Below, piece by piece: positions 25,668 through 35,825 of a DNA stretch of 59,298 nt (position 1 is its first letter; every line of letters begins with the position of its first letter). The stretch spans positions 1 to 59,298 of the IMG/VR virus record IMGVR_UViG_3300009508_000017; one strand, given 5' to 3'. This stretch comes from a virus. Its lineage: Duplodnaviria; Caudoviricetes. The notes below the pieces were generated by a model. It was not told where the DNA came from, made no database searches, and saw only the letters and a program-made list of their open reading frames with translations. The position numbers were made by a program, and so were the translations under genes.

Positions 25668-28039
25668 TCCTTATGTCGTGCTATTAGTGGTGGGCAAAGA
25701 ACTGGATCGAAAGGAGTGTCGCAGTCCGGATCTATATCAGATATTTTGAAAAGCTTCGGTCTACTTTTATCTCCATCGAGATGCCAGTTCCCAATAGGGC
25801 TGGCTCTGTCTTCTTGCTTTTCTTTCAAATCTCTTGAAAGAGGGAGAGGGGCTGGTGCATTGTCATCATCACGCAGGTTATAAAAATGATTATTGTACTC
25901 AAAGTCGCGTCCATACTGGTCCGTGTTGTGGTTAAAGGTCTTGTTTCCTCCGTTTACATATGTGAAGACCCACTCGTCGTCATCTAATTTAAGGGTTATA
26001 CTGGATAGAAGGTCTTCTGGAACTGGAGTATCTATATAACTACCGTCCTTCCATCTCTCTAGGAAGGTTGCAGGGTTTTCATGTTGAGCTTGCCATTGTT
26101 GATTGGTAAAACTCCAATCCATTCTAACAACACCTCCACGTGGATAGGTTGCACCATCTGCGTCTAGTGCGTAAACCCAAAGACGTAAGTTCGGACATGT
26201 GTCTGGAGGCATATGCTCACAGCGTTTTTTAGGAGCACTGAAGTTAAAAGGCTGATCTCCTAACCAATCAGTATCGTAAAATTTAGTGTGTACTGCCCAT
26301 TTATATCGTGTGGGAGTGCCCCCTATAGATTCATAGTCAGAATGCTGAGATTGAAATATTGGCATTCCCCCCAACTCTTTTCTGGGTTGGACTTGTGTAA
26401 AATTTGTTTCCTGAGGAGATTTATTAAAGTCTTCTATAAGAGTTTCTAAAATATCAATATCATTCTCATTATCTGAAAATAGGATTTTTTCTTTTAACTC
26501 GTGTTTTACATAGGCTTCAGAGTCATTCTTCAAACTCCTGTAATAAGTATCTGGAACTTCTTCATAGTATTTTGTTAAATGCCCAGAAACAGAAAAAGGC
26601 CCGTACACCTGTTCACACCCCACCACATATAAACCCCATCCAACAGAGAAGTTATCAGGGTCTGGTACCTGCGTGTAGTTTACGGACATCTTAGCAAAGA
26701 GGTTTGCATCATCTACAGTTCCATTAGTCTGGGGCCTAGCTACACTGTCTTCTGCTTCATATTTATGTGGAATGTGGATTCCTAAATGTAGTACAAAACA
26801 ATATGAGTTGTGACTTACGGGTACTAGGCCGTTGTTTTCTATAAAACCATCCGCTATCCAATATGCGTCATCTGGCATACCCTTAAAATTACCACTCCAG
26901 GTGTTGGTTGGCCCAGTTACCCAAACGTCAGACGGCCATACCTTCTTCATAGTCTTTATTGTTTCACTACCAGATGATGACTTGATGCCTTGGGACTGCG
27001 CGAGCCCGTCCCAGGTACGCCATGCGGAGCCAAGTCCGTTACCATACCCCATAAAGCCATGTTTTATAGATGAATAGCCAGTAGTATCTTCGTCTAATGT
27101 AACTCCATCTATGATTAAATCAGCCGGGCTAAAGAAGTCGCAAGTTGAGATAAACGAAGTAAAGTCTAAATTCTCGTCGTCTAATGTTATTTTATTCTGA
27201 GATGAAAGTACTGCACTTCGAGGTCCTGAAAATCCGCCTCCCAAATATCTTTCATTCCTATTATAATCTGTCTGGTATTTTCTTTCATCCGACAGGCCAA
27301 TTCTTTTATTTAAAAAATAACTATTTCCAATAAATAAACCATTGTCCCTGTTATTAGTTAGTTGAACATTAAAATGCAGACTGTAGTTTAGTTCTAGGTC
27401 AGTTCCTAAAAACCAGGGGTTCCCGTAAAATTGATTGCCTCTTTGTCTTATAACAGACTGCGTATTCCTCATCCAATATTCATCAGATCCAGGATTGCTG
27501 TAACTGTCACTTCCGCCCGCATCTGAGAAGCTTCCATTATCGGTGCTATTAAAAAGAAGCCAGTCAGTTGTCTTTATGTGTGAAGTGCTGCTGTGAGAGT
27601 ATGTCTTACTCGTAGTAAGGCTATAACTAGACCAGTAGCTGTTGCCGTAAGAAGGAGGCCCTTGGGACCAGCTCTCGGAAAACGACTGTGAGTAGGAGTG
27701 GTTGAAATCTCCCCAATTACCGACCCCACTAACTGTTCCAACAAAACACGTACAGTAAGAAAGCCCACCGGAATCGCACCCGATAGGAACAAGTTCTAAT
27801 TTTAAATCCTGATCTCTTATCCCAAGTTTTTTAGGCAGTATAACAGCTGCTATGTCTGTAGGAGTTCCAATTGCAGACAGTTCTAACTTTAAAGGCTGGT
27901 CTCTTGTCCCAAGTTTTTTTGGTAGTTCTATTGAAGCCGTTTTACTACAGGTAGAGCCGTAATCTACAAGCTCCATGCGTAAGTCCTGATCTCTTATCCC
28001 AGGTTTTTCAGGTAAGATGACCTCTTCTGAAACTTTCAT
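25664..28039 (-). CDS. Putative tail/receptor-binding protein (791 aa) with three N-terminal repeats
   Basis: Three copies of LP(K/E)K(L/P)G(I/T)RDQxLx(L/M)EL; aromatic- and Ser/Gly-rich body; position in the tail block. Confidence 0.55.
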   Translation of the reverse strand: MKVSEEVILPEKPGIRDQDLRMELVDYGSTCSKTASIELPKKLGTRDQPLKLELSAIGTPTDIAAVILPKKLGIRDQDLKLELVPIGCDSGGLSYCTCFVGTVSGVGNWGDFNHSYSQSFSESWSQGPPSYGNSYWSSYSLTTSKTYSHSSTSHIKTTDWLLFNSTDNGSFSDAGGSDSYSNPGSDEYWMRNTQSVIRQRGNQFYGNPWFLGTDLELNYSLHFNVQLTNNRDNGLFIGNSYFLNKRIGLSDERKYQTDYNRNERYLGGGFSGPRSAVLSSQNKITLDDENLDFTSFISTCDFFSPADLIIDGVTLDEDTTGYSSIKHGFMGYGNGLGSAWRTWDGLAQSQGIKSSSGSETIKTMKKVWPSDVWVTGPTNTWSGNFKGMPDDAYWIADGFIENNGLVPVSHNSYCFVLHLGIHIPHKYEAEDSVARPQTNGTVDDANLFAKMSVNYTQVPDPDNFSVGWGLYVVGCEQVYGPFSVSGHLTKYYEEVPDTYYRSLKNDSEAYVKHELKEKILFSDNENDIDILETLIEDFNKSPQETNFTQVQPRKELGGMPIFQSQHSDYESIGGTPTRYKWAVHTKFYDTDWLGDQPFNFSAPKKRCEHMPPDTCPNLRLWVYALDADGATYPRGGVVRMDWSFTNQQWQAQHENPATFLERWKDGSYIDTPVPEDLLSSITLKLDDDEWVFTYVNGGNKTFNHNTDQYGRDFEYNNHFYNLRDDDNAPAPLPLSRDLKEKQEDRASPIGNWHLDGDKSRPKLFKISDIDPDCDTPFDPVLCPPLIARHKE

Positions 28040-28446
28040 TATTCCTTAAAGTCGTCGGGAGCAGGGTCTTGTTCATTTAACTCACCGTCACGGACTGGGA
28101 CGGTGACTTTAAGTATTACTGTAGTGTCTCCTTTATCTAGGCCTGCAATGATGTCACCATGGGTTGGTTGTTGAACATTCCCATCATCAAAATACTGTGA
28201 ATCAACCAATCTCTGTGCAAAATCCTGAATGGTATCGTCTCCCCACAAATACCCTTTTCCGTCATCATTTCCAGTCTTCCAAGGATTAGGAGGGGAGTCT
28301 TGATCGCTAGAGTTTAGCCAAATAATGACAGGGTCTCTTTTTAAAGTAGGAGACCCTCTTCTAGCTAGAGACCCCATTCCAAAAGGAACATCTTGAACTT
28401 TTCCTGCTGGGGATATTCTTTCCCCTGGGATTTCATCATTTATCAT
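28039..28446 (-). CDS. Hypothetical virion-module protein (135 aa)
   Basis: Coupled ORF. Confidence 0.7.
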   Translation of the reverse strand: MINDEIPGERISPAGKVQDVPFGMGSLARRGSPTLKRDPVIIWLNSSDQDSPPNPWKTGNDDGKGYLWGDDTIQDFAQRLVDSQYFDDGNVQQPTHGDIIAGLDKGDTTVILKVTVPVRDGELNEQDPAPDDFKE

Positions 28447-31400
28447 AATACAGGCTTAGCGTTAGCAGAGACTTCTTGTTGATGATATACGTTAAAATCC
28501 TTTGCCGTGTATATTAAATCGGTACTTGAAGCGAATACCTTGTTGATAGGAGTCCACGCATTGTAAGCGTCTCCCTCTTTTTCCAAATCACAAAAAAGAA
28601 CAGTAGATCCTTGAAATTTATCTCCATCCCTAGGAACTGCTTTTGAAAATCCTTTACTTACATAGTTTCCTCCACCACCTGTAAATGAATAGTCTTTTAC
28701 TCTATCCCTAAAACCAACAGTCATACTTAAAGAGGCTGATGGTTGCGTGTATGAAAGTGAATTTGATCCGGGAACCTGTACGAGTTGGTGTTTAATCTTA
28801 CACCATAGAGGGGTTGTTTTTGGAGGAATTTCGATAACCCCTTCTTTCCGTCTATCAATAACTCCAGGGCAGGAGAAATTCCTAACCTCATATGTATACC
28901 ATGTTTTTGCTTTAAAAGTTGCTCCTGTAGTGGTGTGTTTATCGATAGTAATAGCTGCCGCACCTTCAGGTACGATTATGGTTTCCTTCTTATGACTTAC
29001 TTCATCTCCCCTGGGTGCAACTTTCGTGCCCCATGAAACTATTTCATGAAAGTCCACACCAAGTCTATGATATGTGCGATCACTTATTGTCTTTCCATCT
29101 ACTTCGCTCCAGAGCTCGTATGCTTTTGTTTTCTTTACATAAAAACCTTCTACTAACTGTGTGGTAGATCCGAACGCATCATTCATGTCAGGATTTTCTA
29201 CAACTGAAGTAGTAGTAGTTACTTTACTAATACCGTTTTCAAGAGTTACAGACTCCCCTTCGAGCTTGTTCAGAGTATATTCTGTTTGAGTCTCGAGCGG
29301 GTCATCTAATGATGGGTGAATATGTGCTTGTATACTTTCAAAATCACCGATCCCTCCACCTATACTTGTTGTCTTAGTTACCTTAACTGCACCACTTCCA
29401 ATAAAATCTATAACTGTATCTTCCTTATCGCTTGGCTCAAATTTCGGTTCGCTTGTTACATACAAGCTTTCACCAATTTGAGAGTAAGATCCTCCTAAGT
29501 CAGGATCTATGGCTGTTGGGCCAGCTTCTACACTCCTAGTCGTTGTAAGCTTATACCATTTCGAATTACTTACATCCTTTGCTTGATAGCCAGCTTGACT
29601 TTCAGTAATAGTTACATTTCTAAATACATCTTCAGCAATTTGTTCAGAAACTCCTCCAATATTGGGTGGAGGGGTGATCGCAGCGTTACTGATTAATGTG
29701 GTACTGGTTCTTTTCTTACCAGTAGAATAGCTAACAGATATGTCGCTGTATTGAGCGGCTTCGACTTCTGTTTTACTGTTCCTAAAAATGTTATCAGCTA
29801 ACTGCTCATTCTTTCCTCCAGAATTTCCTAATGCTTTAGTACCTCCGTCTATTGATGTTTCAGTAGTCCTGACCACTCCTCTAGAGTAGTTTATATTTTT
29901 GTCTGCATAAATAGCAGCTGCGACATCTACTTTAGTGTTTCTAAAAATGTTATCAGCTATTTGTTCTATTTTTCCACCCGAGTTACCAAGGGTTCCTTTA
30001 GATCCAACACTTGTTACAGACTTTCTTAATACTCCTCCTGAGTAAGACTTAGACTCGTCTTCATATTGAGAAGCAGATACGTTAACCGTAGTTATTCTAA
30101 ATATATTACTTGCAAGTTGTTCTACCCTGCCTCCAGAGTTACCTACACTTTGTGATGCGCTTCCTATAAAGGTCTGTGTTTCTTTTTTAACACCTCCTCC
30201 ATAGTTAATGTTTCTATCTGTATAAACAGAAGCAGAGATGTTTTTAGTAGCGTTTTTAAATATTACATTACCTATTTGCTCACTAGAACCTCCTGAATTT
30301 CCTAATGCTTTTGCACTACTGTCTATGGTAGTTTCCCTAACAGTTTTTATTCCAGATCCGTAAGTGGTGTCTTGAGAGCTTAAATGTGCCTTGTCTATGT
30401 TGATCGTAGTGTTCCTAAAGACATCTACTGCCAGCTGAACTACCGCACCACCGTCTGCATAACTGTTAGCACTGGTCTTTCCAATCTCAGTGGTTGATAT
30501 TCTTTTTACCCCACCTCCAAAACTTTTAGAAACTTCTTTTGAAAGAGTAGGCTCTATATCTGTTGCAGCTCCGATGTAGTTTCTGCCGTCTAACCATTTT
30601 ATAGACCTACCTCCAGCAGCGTCTAAATTTGGATAGTTATGGTTGATCTTAGATCTTGTAGTGCTGAAAATACCACTAGAATAGTTAGACTTAAAATCTT
30701 CTTTTGTAAGGTTTGCTACTTTTAATTCATACTTGGTTTTTTGATAGCCCTGTTCTTCAGAGGTAACAATGTTAACAGCTTCTCTTGGAGGAACGGTAGG
30801 CCCTAAAATTACATGGGTTTGGATAGAAAAAAGGCCTTCTTCTCTCTCCCCTACCTGTATAGACCCGCTTCCTTTTGCAAACTTTTTAGTTACTGCGGCA
30901 TATTCTTTGTATGTATGGTCTCTGTGAGACACTTCAACATACCCAGGAGGAGTGTTAGCCGCATTCCAGGCGTCTCCCAAAGAAGTACGGCTTATGATAG
31001 TAAGGTTACCGTTGTGAAACTCTTCCTCTTTATTATCAATTAATGTAAGAGCTTGATCTGTGGTTGAAATTGAAAGGATTTTATATCCGTCTTTTTCATC
31101 TACTTTTCTTTTTAGTTCGTTTGCCTGTAGGTTGGTGTCTACAAATGTCGTGTCAGGAAACAGCCTTACGGTTTCAACAACCGTAGCTAGTCCCTCTTTT
31201 CTTTTTGTTGTAGAGATAAGCCCAACGCCCTTTGCAAAAACTTTTGTGATCGCAGGGTAAACATCGTATCGATGTTTTCTTATAGAGACCTCTACAAAAT
31301 TAGCAGGAGTGTTTGTAGCGTCCCAAACTGTGCCCAATTGCATAAGTGTCTTTATTACAAGAGCACCGTTATTTTTTGTATCTGTCTTTTCTTCAACTAG

Positions 31401-32771
31401 ACCACTGTCTTCGGTTGTGGTAGAAGCAGTTAGTTTTTGGTAACCGTCAAGAAGTTCTACCTTTCTAGTAAGCTCGCCAGCTTGAATTGAGATCGGGAGT
31501 GCGGGAACTGGAGGGTGGAGAGATACAGTCTCGTTTACTATAGCAAACCCAACCTTTTTTTCAGTTTCAGAAATTGTTCCATTACCTCTGGCAAAAGTTG
31601 ATGTGAAGACGTCGTATTCACCAGTAGTATTTTCTCTTTCAGTGACCAAGACATAAGGCCCAAGGCTAGAGTTGTCTCCAGCGGGATAAACAAAACTAAG
31701 TACGTCTAAAGCGTCAGGAGCTATTCCGTAAGAGATTGCTTTTGCCACCTCTAACTTATGGTTAGGTTTTTGTCCGTGTTTGTATTGAACGTCTACATCT
31801 ACCACACCGTTATCGGTATTTACTACTACGCCCCGTATGGTATGTAATTCCCAACCGTCTTTTTCTTCCTTACCTTCAAAAGTCCTTCTCGTAAAAGCAG
31901 GTATGTCGGCTGCTGGAACTGCTCCATTTTCTCCTGTAATGTATTTTACAGTAGTTACCTCAACTGTGTTTGGAGGCTTACCTTTAACCTCTGCATCTAC
32001 TGACAATAGCCCTTCGCCCTTTGCAAAAACGACTGTCTGTACGGTCTTCCCTAGTTGGCCAAAATCTTGATTACCTGGGCCTTCTTTTTCATCAACTCTA
32101 AACCAAGATCCGTTTCCAGGACCTTCTGTGTTGGGAGGACTAGGGATATCTACAACTGATCTAAGCGTACGTACTTCCAGCCTGTGATTCGGGTACTGGC
32201 CGTATTTATAAGACACACTTTCTGAGAGAACACCGTCTTCAAAATAAACTTCTGTAAACTGTGTAAAGACTTCATTTTTTTCAGATTGAATTGTTCCAAG
32301 GTAGCACACAGAGCCTGCCACGTTTATGGTAACGACTCCTATTCTCCCTGCCGAGTAGTGAGCTTCATGAGGGTTCTTTACAATAAATACTTTAGTGACC
32401 GTGAGTCTGTCTTGAGCACCCCTAACGATCTTTTCGGAACCTATCTGCACTGGTTCATTGCTTGCATCGAGTTCTTGATAAACTCGAGTGAGGCCAGCTT
32501 CATTCATGCTCTGGCCAGGAGTAATGGATTGCTCTACTAGATATGCTCCAGTTACTTCAGAATTTGTTAAACCTCCGTTGGTCAGGTCTTGAGTGATCGT
32601 AGCATCGTACTCCACATCAGCAGTTCCGTAAGGAAGGAATACTTGAGCCTCAACATTACCTTCAGTTACCGCAGATCCTTGTACAATGTATGTCCTTGTA
32701 ATACGACGAAGACCGCTTGAGTCTCGGTCTATCTTCGGCCTACCAGTTAATCTGATTACTGCGTCTGACAT
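28443..32771 (-). CDS. Large repeat-built structural protein (1442 aa)
   Basis: Tandem beta-rich units of about 53-65 aa; seven clear 53-aa repeats at 29568-30683. Confidence 0.7.
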   Translation of the reverse strand: MSDAVIRLTGRPKIDRDSSGLRRITRTYIVQGSAVTEGNVEAQVFLPYGTADVEYDATITQDLTNGGLTNSEVTGAYLVEQSITPGQSMNEAGLTRVYQELDASNEPVQIGSEKIVRGAQDRLTVTKVFIVKNPHEAHYSAGRIGVVTINVAGSVCYLGTIQSEKNEVFTQFTEVYFEDGVLSESVSYKYGQYPNHRLEVRTLRSVVDIPSPPNTEGPGNGSWFRVDEKEGPGNQDFGQLGKTVQTVVFAKGEGLLSVDAEVKGKPPNTVEVTTVKYITGENGAVPAADIPAFTRRTFEGKEEKDGWELHTIRGVVVNTDNGVVDVDVQYKHGQKPNHKLEVAKAISYGIAPDALDVLSFVYPAGDNSSLGPYVLVTERENTTGEYDVFTSTFARGNGTISETEKKVGFAIVNETVSLHPPVPALPISIQAGELTRKVELLDGYQKLTASTTTEDSGLVEEKTDTKNNGALVIKTLMQLGTVWDATNTPANFVEVSIRKHRYDVYPAITKVFAKGVGLISTTKRKEGLATVVETVRLFPDTTFVDTNLQANELKRKVDEKDGYKILSISTTDQALTLIDNKEEEFHNGNLTIISRTSLGDAWNAANTPPGYVEVSHRDHTYKEYAAVTKKFAKGSGSIQVGEREEGLFSIQTHVILGPTVPPREAVNIVTSEEQGYQKTKYELKVANLTKEDFKSNYSSGIFSTTRSKINHNYPNLDAAGGRSIKWLDGRNYIGAATDIEPTLSKEVSKSFGGGVKRISTTEIGKTSANSYADGGAVVQLAVDVFRNTTINIDKAHLSSQDTTYGSGIKTVRETTIDSSAKALGNSGGSSEQIGNVIFKNATKNISASVYTDRNINYGGGVKKETQTFIGSASQSVGNSGGRVEQLASNIFRITTVNVSASQYEDESKSYSGGVLRKSVTSVGSKGTLGNSGGKIEQIADNIFRNTKVDVAAAIYADKNINYSRGVVRTTETSIDGGTKALGNSGGKNEQLADNIFRNSKTEVEAAQYSDISVSYSTGKKRTSTTLISNAAITPPPNIGGVSEQIAEDVFRNVTITESQAGYQAKDVSNSKWYKLTTTRSVEAGPTAIDPDLGGSYSQIGESLYVTSEPKFEPSDKEDTVIDFIGSGAVKVTKTTSIGGGIGDFESIQAHIHPSLDDPLETQTEYTLNKLEGESVTLENGISKVTTTTSVVENPDMNDAFGSTTQLVEGFYVKKTKAYELWSEVDGKTISDRTYHRLGVDFHEIVSWGTKVAPRGDEVSHKKETIIVPEGAAAITIDKHTTTGATFKAKTWYTYEVRNFSCPGVIDRRKEGVIEIPPKTTPLWCKIKHQLVQVPGSNSLSYTQPSASLSMTVGFRDRVKDYSFTGGGGNYVSKGFSKAVPRDGDKFQGSTVLFCDLEKEGDAYNAWTPINKVFASSTDLIYTAKDFNVYHQQEVSANAKPVL

Positions 32772-32772
32772 A

Positions 32773-33780
32773 TTACCACCCGAATCGTTTTTTCAACCTA
32801 ATAGGTCTTTTCTTTTGACTACTGCCAAACGACTTGAGCCTGTTCCTTGCATTCTCAGCAAGTTTAAAGACGATCTCTTTGTTGTCTCCACTGTACCTTG
32901 GATCTGAAAGAGCAAGGGTAGCAGAAGCTAAAGGAAATAAAATGTCCCACACGATGTTTCCAGGAAGTCTAGCAACGTCGTCATCATGGGTAAGTTCTAA
33001 GGGTAGGATGTTAGCCCTCATCCTTATTGGCTGTTTTGTATCAGGCAATGGATATACGCAAAAACGATTCCTCAAAGCTTTTTTATCTAAATCAGTAGTG
33101 TCTATTTGTTCTGAATATACTTGCAAGTCAGAACTGTCTACATAGTACCAAAGCGGACGGTCTACATGGAAGTCTCTGCCCCTAGAAGCTATGCTGGGGA
33201 CGTTTCCGTAATGCTGAGAAGGGTAAGGCATGAAGTCCGCCGCATAAGAGGCTCTCATTTCTATTTCCTGCTCCTTGCCGTGCATGGCAGACAGTTTACC
33301 CCAGCCTACTATTTCAGGGCTGTCACATACATCTATTACTTCACGATCTAACTGATATGAAGAATGGTATATAGTTGCAGGTTTTTGCCCAGTGCCGTTT
33401 GACCAAGGAATTAAAGTCTTAATGTCGTCGTTTTCAATTTCTGCAATAACATAAAACTCTTTCTCTATTTCAATATAAGACCCTACATATTTAGGATCTA
33501 CAGGGTCGTCTAAGGTTATTACATTAAATCCATCAGTACAGGTTGCTATTGTTTCTTTTTTAGCAGGCAGTTCAAACCCGTAATTAGCAACAGACCATTC
33601 GGGTCTACCTCCATCAATAGGAGCGTAGCATTCTCTATATGCTTGATTTATGTATATACCGACTCTTTGTTGATCTATGGGAGACAAGTCATCAACACCG
33701 TCTGCTCCGTAAAGAGTAGCTAACTGATCTTTAAGGTTCCTAAGGGTCGGCGAAACTCCGTATGTTAAATTTTCTGCCAT
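32773..33780 (-). CDS. Head-tail adaptor (tubular protein A-like)
   Basis: N-terminal helices with YINQAYRE, VYPLPD and a C-terminal helical pair; lies after the capsid genes. Confidence 0.65.
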   Translation of the reverse strand: MAENLTYGVSPTLRNLKDQLATLYGADGVDDLSPIDQQRVGIYINQAYRECYAPIDGGRPEWSVANYGFELPAKKETIATCTDGFNVITLDDPVDPKYVGSYIEIEKEFYVIAEIENDDIKTLIPWSNGTGQKPATIYHSSYQLDREVIDVCDSPEIVGWGKLSAMHGKEQEIEMRASYAADFMPYPSQHYGNVPSIASRGRDFHVDRPLWYYVDSSDLQVYSEQIDTTDLDKKALRNRFCVYPLPDTKQPIRMRANILPLELTHDDDVARLPGNIVWDILFPLASATLALSDPRYSGDNKEIVFKLAENARNRLKSFGSSQKKRPIRLKKRFGW

Positions 33781-33816
33781 GTCCCTATGCTACATTGGTA
33801 AGATTACTCTTGCCAA

Positions 33817-33830
33817 CGGTTGTAAAATTT
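33817..33830 (-). promoter_or_regulatory. Late-promoter box TACAACCG, copy 3
   Basis: Intergenic; 24 nt upstream of TAGCAT, before the adaptor gene. Confidence 0.55.
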
Positions 33831-34200
33831 ACTGCCCAGAACCTAGCTTGTATGCATTTATCATTCTAGATAAAGATCTTTCTTTGTCCTGAGGAAGTAC
33901 TTCTATACCTAAGCCTCTGCAGATTTCTTTTAATTCTATTAGAGTTTTACCATCTAATGCTTCTATTTCTTTTTTTTCTACTGCTTCTGAAGTTTCAGAA
34001 AATACAGGAGTGAAGAAATAAGGATATCTCTGGCTCTGAGATTGAAAGATATCTTGAATATCTCTAGTGTCATCCGTTTCATGTATGTAGCCTTTTCCAG
34101 AGCGTTTTTTAAATGCAAACTTCTTTCCAGAAGGCCCACGTACTTGAATTGTACTATTACCAACCGTACCGGTTGTTTTTCCTACCATTTTGATTTCCAT
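33829..34200 (-). CDS. Hypothetical protein with C-terminal HeH/Rho-N-like motif
   Basis: KTLIELKEICRGLGI. Confidence 0.7.
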   Translation of the reverse strand: MEIKMVGKTTGTVGNSTIQVRGPSGKKFAFKKRSGKGYIHETDDTRDIQDIFQSQSQRYPYFFTPVFSETSEAVEKKEIEALDGKTLIELKEICRGLGIEVLPQDKERSLSRMINAYKLGSGQ

Positions 34201-34219
34201 AATTTTTTGTTTAAGGGTT

Positions 34220-34254
34220 AAAAAGAAGGGGCTCCCCCCTAAAGAGGAGCCCCT
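34220..34254 (-). terminator. Intrinsic terminator after the major capsid gene
   Basis: AGGGGCTCC-loop-GGAGCCCCT followed by TCTTTTT. Confidence 0.8.
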
Positions 34255-34280
34255 AAAATGAAGCTAGCTTCCGCTAATCA

Positions 34281-35783
34281 TCAGGTTGAAGCCAGACCAG
34301 GGACCTGACGAACCATTTTGATCAATTGAAGACCAGGAATACGACCATTCGTATCCTTGTAAGCAGCCCATCCACGAACACCTTGCATGCCGATAGCATT
34401 TAAGTGTGCGTCGTTTCCGCTATTAGCGAAATCGTCATAATGGAAGATTTGCTCAGCATCGACTGCACCTTTGGCGTAGTAGAGAGCATTTTTACCCATC
34501 ATGAGACCGTAACAGATTGGAGTACCGTTTGAGTCAGCAGGAACAATTAAATCTCCTGGACCAAATGCAACAGTACTTGCTAAAGCAGAGATACCATTAG
34601 CACCAGCAGTGAATGCAGTAGCTTGAACATTTACAGCATTGAGCCTAGAACGATCTGCTTGCATAGCAGTATACGTGTAGTGTTTAACACGTCCACGCTG
34701 AGGACCAGTCATCTTGATTGCCAAGAAATCATGGGTACCAGCAGCGTCATCCCACTGAGTATCACCAGAGATAAGATCGAGATTGGCATGATGCCAATTT
34801 GCGAACCAATCACCAGTTCCAGCTTGTCCAACAGTTTGCGCACCTGCGCCAACAGTTAGAGCATCACCAGTCTGCAAGTAGTACACAGGAGCCATTGGAC
34901 TTCCTTGACGACCATTTGCAGTGTCGACGATGTTATTGTGAGAATAAACCATAATGTTATCCCACATTGCATATTCACCACTGTAGAGCTTATTGTCTCC
35001 AGAACGAACGTCTGCATTGTAGATAGCATTTAAGTAATCTGTGTCACCACGAAGAGGACGAAGTCCAGCGTCAGGAGCAAAGAATAGATAACCTGGAATC
35101 TCATGTCCGCTTTTTGCATCGGATTTAAGATTTGTAGGCTCACCACCAACGGCAATAAGACGTTGTTTCATGTGCTCAAGTAAGTCTGTTGACAGACCAT
35201 CAGCTGCATAACTAAGAAGTCCACCTATTGAACCATAAGAGTCCAAGGTGTTTGCTTCTCCAGCTAAGATACAGGTTTGACGTGCAACATAGAGACTGTC
35301 GTCTTGTTCCTTACGGGCATACCACTCAGACATAACTTCCGAAGAAAGTTGGTCAAGGGTCTTGCCTGTGAAACGCATAAGTTTAAGAACTTGCGTCCAG
35401 GATACAGCGTGACGAATTAAGTCAACTTCAACTGGGAATGTTCCGAATTTCAGAGATTCGGTGCTGTTCTTGAGGATTGCTTCCCCGAGTACACCTTGTC
35501 CACGAATTGGAGCAACAGTTGTGAAAGTTACCTTGTCAGATCCTCCAGCAGAGAGATCACGTTTTTCAACGATAGGTTTACCGCTGCCTTCTCCTCCGAT
35601 GAAGTCTTTGAGGACGTTTTTTTCCCGTGCATCTCTTTTTACGAGCTCAGACCAAATCTGAGTGCGCAAGTTTGCATCTTGGGCTATAGTTCCTGCATAG
35701 GAAGAAGCGTTAGAAATAAGGTCTACGTTTGTAGCACCTCCGAGTTGATAGTTGGCGGGAACTCCGCCTAAGGTTTTAGCCAT
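34281..35783 (-). CDS. Major capsid protein (DUF4043 / N4 gp56-like)
   Basis: DLSAGGSDKVTF, GVLGE...E.L...DLIRHAV and LYSGEYAMWDNIMV; follows the scaffold and precedes a terminator. Confidence 0.88.
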   Translation of the reverse strand: MAKTLGGVPANYQLGGATNVDLISNASSYAGTIAQDANLRTQIWSELVKRDAREKNVLKDFIGGEGSGKPIVEKRDLSAGGSDKVTFTTVAPIRGQGVLGEAILKNSTESLKFGTFPVEVDLIRHAVSWTQVLKLMRFTGKTLDQLSSEVMSEWYARKEQDDSLYVARQTCILAGEANTLDSYGSIGGLLSYAADGLSTDLLEHMKQRLIAVGGEPTNLKSDAKSGHEIPGYLFFAPDAGLRPLRGDTDYLNAIYNADVRSGDNKLYSGEYAMWDNIMVYSHNNIVDTANGRQGSPMAPVYYLQTGDALTVGAGAQTVGQAGTGDWFANWHHANLDLISGDTQWDDAAGTHDFLAIKMTGPQRGRVKHYTYTAMQADRSRLNAVNVQATAFTAGANGISALASTVAFGPGDLIVPADSNGTPICYGLMMGKNALYYAKGAVDAEQIFHYDDFANSGNDAHLNAIGMQGVRGWAAYKDTNGRIPGLQLIKMVRQVPGLAST

Positions 35784-35825
35784 TGTATTGTATAATTAAG
35801 TGTTTGTTAGAAAAAACACACTAAT

